This document shows positions 39,001-49,402 of a stretch of DNA of 64,000 bases, piece by piece. The DNA comes from Okamejei kenojei (Eukaryota). How positions within the stretch are numbered: position 1 is the stretch's first letter; each line of letters opens with the position of its first letter. Below the pieces are notes generated by a model that was not told the DNA's origin, did no database searches, and was given only the letters and a program-made list of their open reading frames with translations. A program made the translations under genes and the position numbers. The stretch is from positions 15,314,001 to 15,378,000 of the forward strand of contig CM069161.1 in assembly GCA_035221665.1 (NCBI GenBank). Reading direction: 5' to 3'.

Positions 39001-40575
39001 ATTTTTTTTTTTTTTTTCCTCACTATAATGAAGACTTTTAATGAAGGTAAATGACATCATTGTAAGGCTGGATTCATGTTTTTTTTGAAAAAAGGAAATT
39101 TGGAGTTTGTAGGAAAGTTGGAACTACGTGAATGTTTCTCAAGGAAACAAAAGATGAAAACTAGTTGCTTGGCAGTACATCCCACTCAAGGGCAGAGTGC
39201 TATATGCTGATGCTATAATAATGCGAGATTAGTATGAACAAGTCAACAGAAAACTGGCATTGGTAGCTTTGATTTCATGCACAGCAATGGAGCATTTGCA
39301 CACTGCTTTAGAAATTCAGTTCCTTTAAAGGCAATAGGACCAAATTCTGGTAGTGGACTGTACTGAGCAAGAAGAAATTATATTGCATGTTTCCAATTCA
39401 ATGCTAGTACGCTGGTCTCTCAGACAGGTTATTGGATTTACGACAGAGGCTTGAGCATCAGAAAATCCGTTCACTGAGTGCTCTTCAGTCAAGGGATCAG
39501 TCTTTTATCCACGTTAAACTGACGCTTTGTTTGCTCTCTCGGTTGGATACAAAGATCCCACAGCACCTTTTTGAAGAACACAGAATTTGGAACCAGTCAT
39601 AAATTATTTTATATCTCAATAAGCATCGGTTACACATATTGCCGGCATTACTGTTGGTAAGGGCTCGTTTTGTTCGTATTGGTTGTTGTATTTCGTACAT
39701 TGAAATGGTGAGTAAACTGCAAAAAGGACGTCGCTGGCTGAAAAGCCTTTTTGAAAGGGCTACGAAAGGCAATATGCAAACTGAGAGTTTATTTTCTTCG
39801 ACAAAATATGATGGATCTGCATTGGACTGATCATCTTTCATAAGTGAAAACATTTTAGCATAAGACAGATGTAAAGGGCAAGGGGGGTGCCCAGTTTAGA
39901 TTGCCAGGGTCTGTGGTTAAAGTATAACAACCCAAGCATGTCTGAGCATCATGTAAGGGATGGGAACACATGTAGCAAAGTGGGCATGTTTCTTTGTATT
40001 GATACAGCCCAGTATATTACACAAGTCTAAGTCATCATTCTGGATAGGCACAAAATGCTGGAATAACTCAGGTCAGACAACATCTCTGGAGAAAAGGAAT
40101 AGGTGACGTTTCAGGTCAAGACCGTTCTTCAGACTGAGAGTCAGGGGAAAGGAAAACGGGAGATATAGACGGTGATGTCGAGAGATATAGAACAAATGAA
40201 TGGAAGATATGCAAACGTGTACTCTCCCTCTTCAATGCTTTTAGATACCATTTTGATGAGTTGCATAATGATTGTATCACAAAACATGGAATAGGTAGGT
40301 CCACGTTATCATGCAGTGCCCTTCATTACTGAAGATCTTACCGGATTTCTTGTAGAACTGTACTTCCCCCTGAAACTCTTGCTTGCTGTAGAGTGCTTTT
40401 TCGATCTGAATGGAAAGTTGGTCACTGGTCTCTGCTCCATGCAGGAACTTGCATCCACAATTCTTCTGCATGACTTCCGTGCGGGCGAAGCCAGTGAGCT
40501 CACAGAATCCATCCGAGCAGTAGACAATGGGAAAGCCTTGGAACACTTGAGCGTTTGCAAGGATAAAGTTGCTGT
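5691..40575 (-). CDS. KCNH4: Voltage-gated K+ channel, Elk/Kv12 subfamily, KCNH4-like (Kv12.3); spliced partial CDS, exons 2-13
   Basis: 12 GT-AG exons splice in frame: PAS/PAC, S1-S6, SVGFG pore, C-linker, CNBHD. KCNH4-type rather than KCNH8-type residues: [42 protein letters not shown], micro-exon ending SPRLSQ. Confidence 0.9.
7095..7378 (-). mobile_element. tRNA-derived SINE (HE1/V-SINE-like)
   Basis: Pol III A/B-box head, ggagtttgtacattctccccgtgacc core, LINE-like tail. Confidence 0.8.
7748..8120. mobile_element. Two Penelope-derived short inserts
   Basis: gatgctgcctgtcccgctgagttactccagc-type motif; ctgaagaaggatctcgacccgaagcgtc near 8025. Confidence 0.75.
8573..8611 (-). CDS. KCNH4: KCNH4 exon 12, 39-nt micro-exon; absent from ORF track
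   Basis: ttttcacag|GGAATC...TCTCAG|gtatg = [13 protein letters not shown]; phase 0-0; resembles the 39-nt SPRLSQ-ending exon of KCNH4. Confidence 0.88.
8643..9155 (+). mobile_element. Penelope-like element 3' fragment (GIY-YIG tail + UTR)
   Basis: [23 protein letters not shown], then pyrimidine-rich UTR and degenerate hammerhead-like end. Confidence 0.75.
11931..12145 (-). CDS. KCNH4: KCNH4 exon 11 (CNBHD, intrinsic-ligand FNL), 215 nt
   Basis: GKGDLIGAD...[15 protein letters not shown]...[13 protein letters not shown]; acceptor ttgcag, donor gtaag. Confidence 0.95.
13920..14260 (+). mobile_element. CR1-type LINE 3' fragment
   Basis: [19 protein letters not shown]...[16 protein letters not shown]...FKRHLDRYM. 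Confidence 0.85.
14668..14917 (-). CDS. KCNH4: KCNH4 exon 10 (C-linker/CNBHD), 250 nt
   Basis: [27 protein letters not shown]...[17 protein letters not shown]; donor gtaag. Confidence 0.95.
16449..16648 (-). CDS. KCNH4: KCNH4 exon 9 (S6, C-linker), 200 nt
   Basis: [35 protein letters not shown]...GIDTNE; acceptor ttccag, donor gtaca. Confidence 0.95.
17414..17900. repeat. 26-bp minisatellite (tacacctgatctctgctcggtgaagg), decaying to the right
   Basis: At least 11 contiguous recognisable units with no spacers. Confidence 0.9.
18302..18496 (-). CDS. KCNH4: KCNH4 exon 8 (pore, start of S6), 195 nt
   Basis: [10 protein letters not shown]...[33 protein letters not shown]; GFG selectivity filter. 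Confidence 0.96.
19958..20165 (-). CDS. KCNH4: KCNH4 exon 7 (S4-S5), 208 nt
   Basis: [28 protein letters not shown]...[25 protein letters not shown]; acceptor ttccag, donor gtaag. Confidence 0.96.
21790..22420 (+). mobile_element. Ancient L2-like reverse transcriptase relic
   Basis: SGIPQG motif, then degenerate LG.II..HG and (YA)DASQL resembling RT GVPQGS/YADDTQL. Confidence 0.55.
22440..22680 (+). mobile_element. Penelope-derived 3' end
   Basis: ctctcagtctgaagaaggg...aaaatgtcacccattcc...gatgctgcctg...gagttactccagc. Confidence 0.75.
23097..23254 (-). CDS. KCNH4: KCNH4 exon 6 (S2-S3), 158 nt
   Basis: [18 protein letters not shown]...[18 protein letters not shown]; donor gtaag. Confidence 0.95.
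23697..24003 (+). mobile_element. tRNA-derived SINE (HE1/V-SINE-like)
   Basis: A box tggtgcagctgg, B box ggttcgatcc, central core, gggccaaagggcctgtt tail. Confidence 0.85.
24483..24726 (-). CDS. KCNH4: KCNH4 exon 5 (S1-S2), 244 nt
   Basis: [16 protein letters not shown]...[22 protein letters not shown]...EMLFIF; acceptor tggcag, donor gtgag. Confidence 0.95.
26720..26920. mobile_element. Palindromic Penelope-derived insert
   Basis: Arms gaagatagacacaaaaagctgga / tccagctttttgtgtctatcttc; hammerhead-like core on the minus strand at 26791-26818. Confidence 0.8.
27885..28590 (-). mobile_element. Deu-domain SINE (SacSINE1/AmnSINE-related), interrupted by a younger SINE
   Basis: caaagcattttatagccaa...gttgtaatgtaagga...cagccagtctgtgcaaagcaa; head gggacttgaacc resumes after the insert. 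Confidence 0.6.
28168..28485 (-). mobile_element. tRNA-derived SINE (HE1/V-SINE-like), near full length
   Basis: Head gcacagtggcgcagtggtagagttgct; (ctaaagt)n tail. Confidence 0.88.
29335..29630. mobile_element. Palindromic Penelope-derived insert(s)
   Basis: aaggaactgcagatgctggtttaca ... tgtaaaccagcatctgcagttcctt. Confidence 0.8.
31245..31540 (-). mobile_element. tRNA-derived SINE (HE1/V-SINE-like)
   Basis: Same core as the 28168-28485 copy. Confidence 0.75.
32060..32620 (+). mobile_element. Degenerate RTE-clade LINE 3' fragment
   Basis: C-terminal CLTCGRVCG zinc-knuckle-like motif; related copy on the minus strand at about 53210-53500. Confidence 0.55.
33210..33680 (-). mobile_element. 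CR1-type LINE 3' fragment
   Basis: [36 protein letters not shown]; (ctattgt)n tail. Confidence 0.9.
34246..34376 (-). CDS. KCNH4: KCNH4 exon 4, 131 nt
   Basis: [44 protein letters not shown]; acceptor caacag, donor gtgag. Confidence 0.9.
34575..35015. mobile_element. Two HE1/V-SINE-like copies in opposite orientation (34575-34710 +, 34730-35015 -)
   Basis: cctcccacat core on + and gtgggagg on - within about 300 nt. Confidence 0.7.
35575..35706 (-). CDS. KCNH4: KCNH4 exon 3 (PAC), 132 nt; absent from ORF track
   Basis: Hand translation [44 protein letters not shown]; acceptor tttacag, donor gtagg. Confidence 0.95.
37100..37610 (-). mobile_element. CR1-type LINE fragment
   Basis: [15 protein letters not shown] and [14 protein letters not shown] motifs. 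Confidence 0.8.
38022..38049 (-). ncRNA. Minimal hammerhead ribozyme core, sense to KCNH4 pre-mRNA
   Basis: CTGAAGA-A-GGGTC-TC-GACCC-GAAA-CGTC on the minus strand. Confidence 0.65.
38426..38453 (+). ncRNA. Minimal hammerhead ribozyme core (Penelope-associated)
   Basis: CTGAGGA-A-GGGTC-TC-GACCC-GAAA-CGTC. Confidence 0.65.
39400..39800 (+). mobile_element. Degenerate Deu-domain SINE
   Basis: aaagatcccacagcac...gaagaa; ttggttgttgtatttcgtacattgaaatggtgagtaaactgcaaaa...ggctgaaaagc. Confidence 0.55.
40043..40215 (-). mobile_element. Penelope-derived 3' end with hammerhead-like core
   Basis: Minus strand ctgaagaacggtcttgacctgaaacgtc at 40105-40132. Confidence 0.8.
40342..40575 (-). CDS. KCNH4: KCNH4 exon 2 (PAS domain), 234 nt
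   Basis: (H)[29 protein letters not shown]...FYKKS; acceptor tttgcag, donor gtaag; phase 1-1. Confidence 0.95.
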
Positions 40576-40924
40576 CTGCAAATGCAAAGGGGGGGGGGGA
40601 CACCAGTTGAACATTTAGAACGAAACGTGCAGATGATAATGACAACTCTCCTTTTTTAAATTTACAAGTCTGGCCAATGAATAGGTGTAATTGTAATGAG
40701 TGTCATTGAACAATTAGTAGCATACAAGCAGAAGTAAAACTGCTTTGGTGTTGATATTTCCATCAATATGTGTCACTGTGAACATCTGCACAATTATGAT
40801 GCTGAATGTGTTGCATTCTGTACTCTTACTGAAGCTGCACAGAAAAGCTGTGGAAGCCTCAGTAAGCTGTGGAAGCTGAACATGGTCTGTCTATATAGTT
40901 AGAGGAGTAAGTTAGACAATTTCT

Positions 40925-41270
40925 ATTGAAGGTGGACGCAAAATGCTGGAGTAACCCAGTGGGACAGTCCTTCTTAAGGGTCTTGACCCGAAACGTCACC
41001 CGTTCCTTCTCTCCAGAGATGCTGCCTGTCCCGCTGAGTTTGTTACACTGACTTTTACAAACAGCACTTGGGCTCACATTGGATGTACCGAGTGATCCAG
41101 GAATCACAAGGCACCAGGGATACCATACTGACGAAGGGTCTGAAGAAGGGTCTCGACCTGACATGTCACCCATTCCTTCTCTCCAGAGATGCTGCCTGTC
41201 CCGCTGAGTTGCTCCAGCGTTTTGTGTCTATCTTCGGTTTAAACCAGCATCTGCAGTTCCTCCCTACACA
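40925..41270 (+). mobile_element. Tandem Penelope-derived inserts
   Basis: Two copies of the gacccgaaacgtcacc...gagatgctgcctgtcccgctgagtt motif. Confidence 0.8.
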
Positions 41271-44154
41271 TAACACACTGACTGATGAGTTAACACTTCC
41301 CAGGTAGTCACGGGTGATAGCTCACCCCATGTCCCCCCAATACCTGAAACCCCACCGCAAGGTACGTGGCAAAGCAACACCGAGACAATGATCAAACTGC
41401 CTCCACCTCATTAAACAGCCATGTGTCATGGAAGTTGCTGTTCCAATTATATTTCATTCAACTCTCCTTTGAGAAAGAAATATAAAAATGAGCAGAGTAC
41501 AATTAACATGTGGAGATTTCTTCAGGATTTTTAAAATTTTGAATAATGATTAATAGCGACATAAATGTAAAACAAGCTGGGTCTGGTTACTAAACCCTCT
41601 AGCATGTGGGAGTTGAATAAATACACTCAGTAACATAATAAGTGCCACTGATGCACTCCAGGTAAATAATTGTATGCTCTTTACACAGCTGAGCTTAGCA
41701 AAACCTCCAAATTGTTTCTCCAATTAGGTCAGGAGCATTCAGATGAGATCACTTGAGCAAAATCTATACAATAGGAAACATTAAAGTAACAAAAATCTAG
41801 GTTGGACGGGGAGGGGGAGATGGATGTTATTGTCTGCAGTGATGCAACGGGAAGTTGGATCTCACCAAAGTTCTGGCAGAAAATAAGGAAAGCAGATAAA
41901 CACCAAAAGGAATTGAAAGATGCAATGCAATTATTTTAACCATCAAACAACAAGGAGAATGGATGTCCCTCTTCCACACTTTGTAAATCTAGTCTCATTT
42001 GAAACTCTGTACCCTGTGTCCTACCTCATTCATTCATCACCAGTGTAGCACCGTGGCTTATTTCTAATGTTAAAAAATGCTTTGCAAATGAAGTCATTGA
42101 TGGTGTAATGTGAGGAGACAAATTTATATTTGGAATTCCTAACACGATTCCCCCAAATGATCAACAATTATTTTGTCTCAGAGAAGCTTCCAGTGTGGAG
42201 GAAAGCTTCAGGATATTAGCCAATGTAGGACAATGGTGTGAAAGATGGAAGATCTATTTCATACACCTCACACAAAGCAGAAACCACCTGCATTTGTATC
42301 AGGATAAATGGCTGATTCAGGGATCTCTGCACTTCTCTCATTCTAGTTGTTTGCTTATCCCAGATTTGAATCACTACATTGTTGTCTATGGAGTTTCAAC
42401 TAACAAAATCTTAAGTACCAAGATTTCCTCCCTTGTCTTCTCTGACTGTGTACCATTACTAATATATCCTTTAAAGTCTACCTCTTTGATCAAGCTTTTG
42501 GTTATCTGCCTCAACATCTTCTCATGTGACTCAGCATCAATTTTCTGCCTGATAATGATGTCACAAGGTGCCTTTGGATCTTACTACAGCTGGTGTTTCT
42601 TTCACATCCTCGTTCAATCCCCAATAGTTGCCCCTCTTGCTCTTGCCCCAAAATATTAACCCATCTGCTTCCTTACCAGTTCCTCTGTGACGCACTGCAT
42701 TTCCAGTACCACTTTCACTTTGTTAGTGAATTGCAACTTATTGATGTTCTCTTTTCTTGAAGGTAGAACAATTAAAGAGGGTGGATGGTTATGCTAACAC
42801 CTCAATGATTTGTCTCCATGCTGGAAGGATTCCTACTTTTCATAAAGCTGACATAATGACTCTGATTAGTTGATGCTGAACCACGCAGATCATTGGCCTA
42901 ATGCCCTGAATGACCTGGTCCTCACCTTGAGTTCACACCTCTCCTTATCAAGCACCCACCCCAACCTTGGCAGTATTGCCATGGCTGCGATTACTTTTGG
43001 TGTTCATGTGGCTGCATAAAACCTATGGATTTGCAGTCACATTGGAAAGAAAATCAGTCTCTCAGGCTGGGATTAGGCCTAGGATACTGGATTGCAAAAC
43101 CATTGAAGTCATTGAAAGACCCCGTTGGAAAATGTACCAGACGTTGCTTGGTGGCTTGTGCAATGCAAACTCCCAATTTTTGGGCAACTCATTTAAGTAA
43201 GTAAGTTTATTGGCCAAGTATTCACATACAAGGAATTTGCCTTGGTGCTCCGCCCACAAGTAACAACGTGCCATACAGTGACAGTTACGAATGACTCAGA
43301 AAACACTAAACATTAATAATAATAATAAACACTAATGATAAAACACCATTGATCAAGCATGTGAACCAACAAAATACCAGATCAAAGGGAGGCTACAGAT
43401 TTTTGGCTGTTGAGTAGAGCAACTACTCGTGGATAAAAATTGTTTTTATGTCTGGCTGTGGCAGCTTTGACAATCCGGAGTCGCCTTATTGAATTGCCTC
43501 GAGAATCCCGCAGGAAGGCACATCATCATACATATGGCTGTTAAATAAAGTAGCTACAATAAAGTGCAAAATACACACAAATATTGTCAGTTTGAAAATG
43601 ATCAGAGGCATCTAAAAACTAAAATATATTTAAACAACCCAAAAATTATAAACTCCTCAAATAAGAGTAAGTTGAAAAAATAATAAAATTTACTTAAGTA
43701 AATTAATTAAACAATATTAGTTAACACATTAAATGACCTTCACTTAACCTTTGAGTCAATGTTGGCAACCCATTTGAATAAGATGAACTTACTGATCCCT
43801 ACTGGTGTAAAGCTACAAGGCTGACATCAGACCTTCTGTACTTACATATTGTATTGGGAAAGCAAGTTATTGAGTCATCTAGCACAGAAACTGGCCACTT
43901 CTGTCTACCAAGAGAGCGCCCACAATGAAGCCATTGATCACACTAATCTGACATTAATCCTACTGTAATTAGCACGTAATTCATTTAATTTCATGAATGT
44001 CCTAATAGAAACATGACAGGTGAACATATCCAAGATAAAGATTCAATTTAATTGTCACATGCACCAATTAAGGTACAGTGAAATTCTAACATTCAGAGTG
44101 ATATTGGGCAGTTGAGGGTTGTCCTTGATTTCACTCACTGTGCAAGTATGCTTA

Positions 44155-44465
44155 AGGGCCTGTCCCACTTACGCAACTTTTTTGGCGACTGCCTGTCATA
44201 GGTCACCCGAACATTTTCACCATGTTGAAAATTCAGCGGCGACCAGCAAGACGCTACGACTCTTTGGGTGACTAGGAGCTACTCACGACCATACAGGGAC
44301 ATGTCGTGGGGTGAAGCCTGTATGGTCGTGAGTAGTCGCCCAAAGAGTCTACCTTGTTCTGGTCGCTGCTGGATTTTCAACATGTTGAACATTTTCGGCG
44401 ACATGTAACGACCTACGATGGGTGCCGGCAGTCACCAAAATAGTCGCGTAAATGGGACAGGCCCT
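44155..44465. mobile_element. PIF/Harbinger-like MITE
   Basis: TIR agggcctgtcccacttacgc / gcgtaaatgggacaggccct; TTA/TAA flanks; largely palindromic. Confidence 0.8.
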
Positions 44466-45599
44466 TAAGGAATTCGGTAAATTACAAAATTCTGCCTTTT
44501 TGTCCTAAATACAGATTAATAGTTTGCAAGCCCAGAAAGGAACAAGGTCTCCATTTAACACCTCAGAGCATGCCAATCCAGATAATCCTTTGTTAGCTGT
44601 CTACTTGTTGGGACCAAATTTGGTTTAGTTATTTTCAGATGGTGAAGACTCATGTGTGAAATTGGACAGTAGCATGGCAACCCGAGTTGATGCGAGTCCA
44701 TAGCAGGAAATTTGAAATGTTAATTTCAAGGTGGAAGCAGCTGTGTCATATCTAGGATGAGATCATTTAATGTGTAGCACCAGCCTCTTTGACAGACCCC
44801 GTCCAATTACTTTTCTTCCTCTTGTGGGAGGGCAAGCTAGCCTTCACTGTTCTATCATTGTTCTATCTGGGACATGTGACAATAAAACACTCTTGACTTG
44901 ACTTCCACTTTACTGTATGTGGATGGAAGAAAGTCCAGAGTTTAAAGAACCAGTGATTAGTTATATCCATAAGCTCCATGGGACTAAGACCCAGTACTTC
45001 ACATGGTATTAATGCAGATATTTGAATCTTTACCTCTAATTTTCTGCAGGAACCAACTAATTTCGATTTACTTTAATGCTACCTCTGGGACCCTCTGCAC
45101 TGCTAGAGTGCACCATTCGTGTAAATGTATCCTCATTCAAATAAATTGTACTCCAGAAAAAACATTCTAGTTAGTGCTTGAGAGAGCGTCTTTCGCACTT
45201 CTGCATTTCCAACATCTGAGACTCATGTTGGAAAACTTTAATCATGGATTTTCAGAAATTAATGTTGGATTGAGATCTCGAGTGAACATTTTGCTTCAGA
45301 TAATGTTAAAAAAAAATAGACGGCCAAGAACCTTCTATTGAACAGTGAATAATACGCAGCTGGCTGCATTAGTATTAACATTAATAAATGACAAATTGCT
45401 GCCCAGTTGTTTTTAAACCTCTGAGTCACAGCTACCTAATAATCTGAGTTTAAACAGCATTTTCTGTCAATTTTTAAAAGTGACATTACAGTTTTTGCCA
45501 ATAGAAGCAGTTATATAATTCCTCCACTAACTATTTTTAGATTGATATCTTAAATTCAGAGTGTAATGTCCTGATGCTTTGCAATTCTAGCAATAAAGA

Positions 45600-46075
45600 A
45601 TAGACAATAGGTGCAGGAGTAGGCCATTCAGCCCTTCGAGCCAGCACCGCCATTCAATGTGATCATGGCTGATCATCCCCAATCAGTACCCCGTTCCTGC
45701 CTCTTCCCCATATCCCCTGCCTCCGCTATCTTTAAGAGCCCTATCCAGCTCTCTCTTGACAGCATCCAGAGAACCTGCCTCCACCGCCCTCTGAGGCAGA
45801 GAATTCCACAGACTCACAACTCTCTGTGAGAAAAAGTGTTTACTCGTCTCCGTTCTAAATGGCTTACCGTTTATTCTTAAACTGTGACCCCTGGTTCTGG
45901 ACTCCCCCAACATCGGGAACATGTTTCCTGCTTCCAGCGTGTCCAAACCCTTAACAATCTTATATGTTTCAATGAGATCCCCTCTCATCTTTCTAAACTC
46001 CACAGTGTACAAGCCCAGCTGCTTCATTCTCTCAGCATATGACAGTCCCGCCATCCCGGGCATTAACCTTGTAAA
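45600..46075 (-). mobile_element. CR1-type LINE 3' fragment
   Basis: ORF 45683-46063: [14 protein letters not shown]...[20 protein letters not shown]. Confidence 0.9.
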
Positions 46076-46797
46076 CCAATAAATTCCAATTTCTTATTCC
46101 TCCTTACAGGCTGAGCATTTATATCCTAACAGCACATGGTGTTACCACTTCTGCAGAGCTCGATTAGTTATAAAGTCTTTGTGATGACCAGGCATTGGAA
46201 AAGACAATTTATAAATTCATGGGCTTATAAATGTATCTTGCATGAAAAGATCTTAGCAAAGCAATGTAATTGCAGAAGGATATATTTATTCTGTTACTCA
46301 AATCCTCTTGCAATAGAGACCAATTTGTCCCATTTGCCTCCCTAAATGTTTGCTGTTCCTGTTGGCTAATTTTCAGGGGTTCATCTAGAAAACCAATCTG
46401 GTTCTGTTCTGAGTTCAGCCAAGTACTCTTCAGCCAATGAAGAATACACTGCACGTGAAAAAATCCTCAGGCAAAATATTGAAATGTTAGACCAGATGAA
46501 ATATTCAGTGCAGGCCAACAGAACTTTTAGTGGTAGGAGATGATTTTGCAAATCATGGCCCAGAAAATTGAAATCAGGTTGGTGAGAGCTGTTGAGCTTA
46601 GATATGCTCTTGGGCAATTGTGTAGAAATGTTCAAGCGGACCTGCAAGAGTGTTCCAAGTTATCAGGCCTGTAAGGTACAAATGCCTGTGAGCCTCCACA
46701 AGGCCCATGTCCACCAAAGACCCAAGTGGAAGATAAGGTAGAGAATTCAGAAATAATGGAATTTCAGCATAGACAAGTCAGATCGACACCAATTGTC

Positions 46798-47013
46798 AAA
46801 ACAAGGAACTGCAGATGTTGGTCTACCAAGAAAAGATACAAAATGCTGGAGGAATTCAGTGGGTAAGGCAGCATCCCTGGAGAACATGGAGAGGTGGCAT
46901 TTTGGGTCAGGACCCTTCTTCAGTTTGAAGAGAGGTCCAACCTGAAACATCATCTATCCTATTCTCCAGAGATGTTGCCTGAGCCGCTGAGTTACTCTTG
47001 CGCTTTTTCTCCT
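46798..47013. mobile_element. Palindromic Penelope-derived insert with 12-bp TSD
   Basis: acaccaattgtc at 46786-46797 and 47014-47025. Confidence 0.8.
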
Positions 47014-48144
47014 ACACCAATTGTCGCGCTGCCTGAAGTGGATGAGACTTTTCGACAATGCGGTGGTCCCAAGATGATGGTAAATCAAACAGTGGAAAAA
47101 ATGCAGTAGCAATTGCAGCTTCATAGCATTTATTTGCAGAATTGACAGGAGCCAAGTTTTCATCAAACTAAATCTGTCACAATTGTGGTTAGGGCAAATA
47201 CATTTATTAACATCAATCACACGTGACAAACCAGATCTGTCAAATATCAAAGATCTTTCAGGTTACCATAAACACCACAAGGGATAGATTACTATCTGCG
47301 CAATCAAAAAAAATATCTAATGGCCACGAGTACCAAGGAAGTACATTTTGAATATTAGAAGTGTGCAGTTGGATACCTGAACCCAATGCAAAGAAGCAAG
47401 TGTTCATTCATAATGAAGCAGGTTCTCTTGGATGAAAGTTGAACGCAAGTGGATTGCAACCAGTCAAAGAAAAAGTGGAAGACATTGTGAAGGCCAGGAA
47501 ATCTGAAACAACAGTGTGCCTTAGAAATTCATGGTACACATTTCCCAGATCTTGGAACAGTACTGACACTACTAATATCAAATGACAAAAAATGGAGTTT
47601 AAGCAAAGAAAGGGCAAATCACACACCGTTTAAGAGAAGTCTGGTGAATGAGCCTATTGGTTCACTTTGATACCACATACATGATAAAATCTGCATGTGA
47701 TTTATCGAATTGTGGATTGGTACCATTTCCAGTTATTCCTCACGTTTGTCTGCCTCAATTACCTAAATGTAAAATGATAGTTGCCAATGTACATCAATGA
47801 ATGAACGAAGAAAAACCAATTGAAGGTGAGGATATTGCCCACCATTTACTCACCTCTCATCCATCTGTTCGACTGAAGTAAGCAGTGTAATTCTTACTTG
47901 ATTCTGCAATGATTGTGTGCTATGGTTCTGCAGTGCGGTTTAACAGCACAAATCTCGGTCAAGCGTGCTACCGGTACAATTTGCAACATATTGGCGCTTA
48001 CATTTTTCTTAAATTACGATTTTTAGTTTAAAACATATAAGCAGAAGTATTTGTTTTATTGTGCATATTTTTGGGAAAATAAACAGGTACCAAAAGAAGG
48101 CCTTGGATCATTGGGAAATGTTTTACAAGTTTAGTTTCTACTGA

Positions 48145-48343
48145 CAGTGTGGGGGTAATTGATTACTGTCGTATATTTAGCTTTTTCCCACTGAATTTAG
48201 GGCACTGTGATGCTTTAGACAACAAGTTATCAGGCAGATCAAGATAAGTAAGATCTTGGCAGGATAATCTCTGAAGCCCAGCAGTGCCCTAAATTCAGCA
48301 GCACAATCTAAAAATATTACAATAATGAATTACCCCAACACTG
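48145..48343. repeat. Old ~200-bp fold-back (MITE-like) element
   Basis: ctgaatttagggcactg / cagtgccctaaattcag and cagtgtgggggtaatt / aattaccccaacactg. Confidence 0.75.
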
Positions 48344-48741
48344 CCATCTGACAGTGCACGTAATCCAGAGCAAGAGGAGTATTGGTGCTCTGGAGACTCA
48401 AGGAACTGTAGATGCTGGAACCTTGAGCAAAACATGAAGTATTGGAGGAACAGTCTGAAAAAGGGTCTCGATCCAAAGTGTCATCTGTTCATTCCCTCCA
48501 CAGACGCTGCCTGACTGGCTGAGTTCCTCCAGCATTTTGTGTTGTGCCCATGTATGGACAGTATCATGGGTAGTGACCTCACTCTGCATTCTTGCCTCTG
48601 CTCCTGTCTCAATCCAATTCTGTTTTTTGATTGCACCTGCCTGAGGTTGAGCAAACTTCTCTTTATAACAATGCAGGATTTCAGACATTGCCCATTTGCC
48701 AGTTTTGATCTGTGAGATTGCTTCGTGATCGCCCGGAGTGA

Positions 48742-49402
48742 AGGGCCTGTCCCACTTACGCGTCCTTGGCACGCAAATTACCCGACCTCGTGGTCGCGTT
48801 GAGGCGCACGGGCATCGTATGGCCACGCGGGGCCGGTCCCACTTAGAAGCGCGGAGGGGTATGTAGTTGTGCGCGACATCGCGCGGGGCTCCGAAATATT
48901 TGTAGTGAACAAAATCTTTGCGCGCCAACGGCCTGTCGCGGAACTGGCAGCCAAAGTGGGACAGGCCCAAGACCCTGTTGCGACGCAACGTCTCGCCTTC
49001 AACAGCAGCAGAAGCGGGCAAACGATCGCCGAACTCGGCCTGGGGCTCACGGCCGTTGCAGTCCGATCCGCCCCCACTTCTACTCCCAGAGCGGGGTCAA
49101 GAAAATTGAAGATAGACACAAAAATGCGGGAGTAACTCAGCGGACGTTTCGGGTCAAGACCTTTCTTTTCAGACTGAAGAAGAGTCTTGACACGAAACGT
49201 CACCCATTGCTTCTCTCCAGAGATGCTGCCGGTCCCACTGAGTTACTCCAGCTTTGTGTCCATCTTCAAATGACGTCACGCGCTCCAGACGACTGTGTGT
49301 ACGCATGTAATCGCGCCCGACCTTCGCAGGACCATCGCGGCTCAACGCGACCACAAGGTCGCGTACGTGGCGTGCCAAGGACATGTAAGTGGGACAGGCT
49401 CT
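48742..49402. mobile_element. PIF/Harbinger-like MITE with nested Penelope palindrome (about 49105-49268)
   Basis: TIR agggcctgtcccacttac / gtaagtgggacaggctct; CpG-rich; extra internal TIR copies. Confidence 0.8.
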
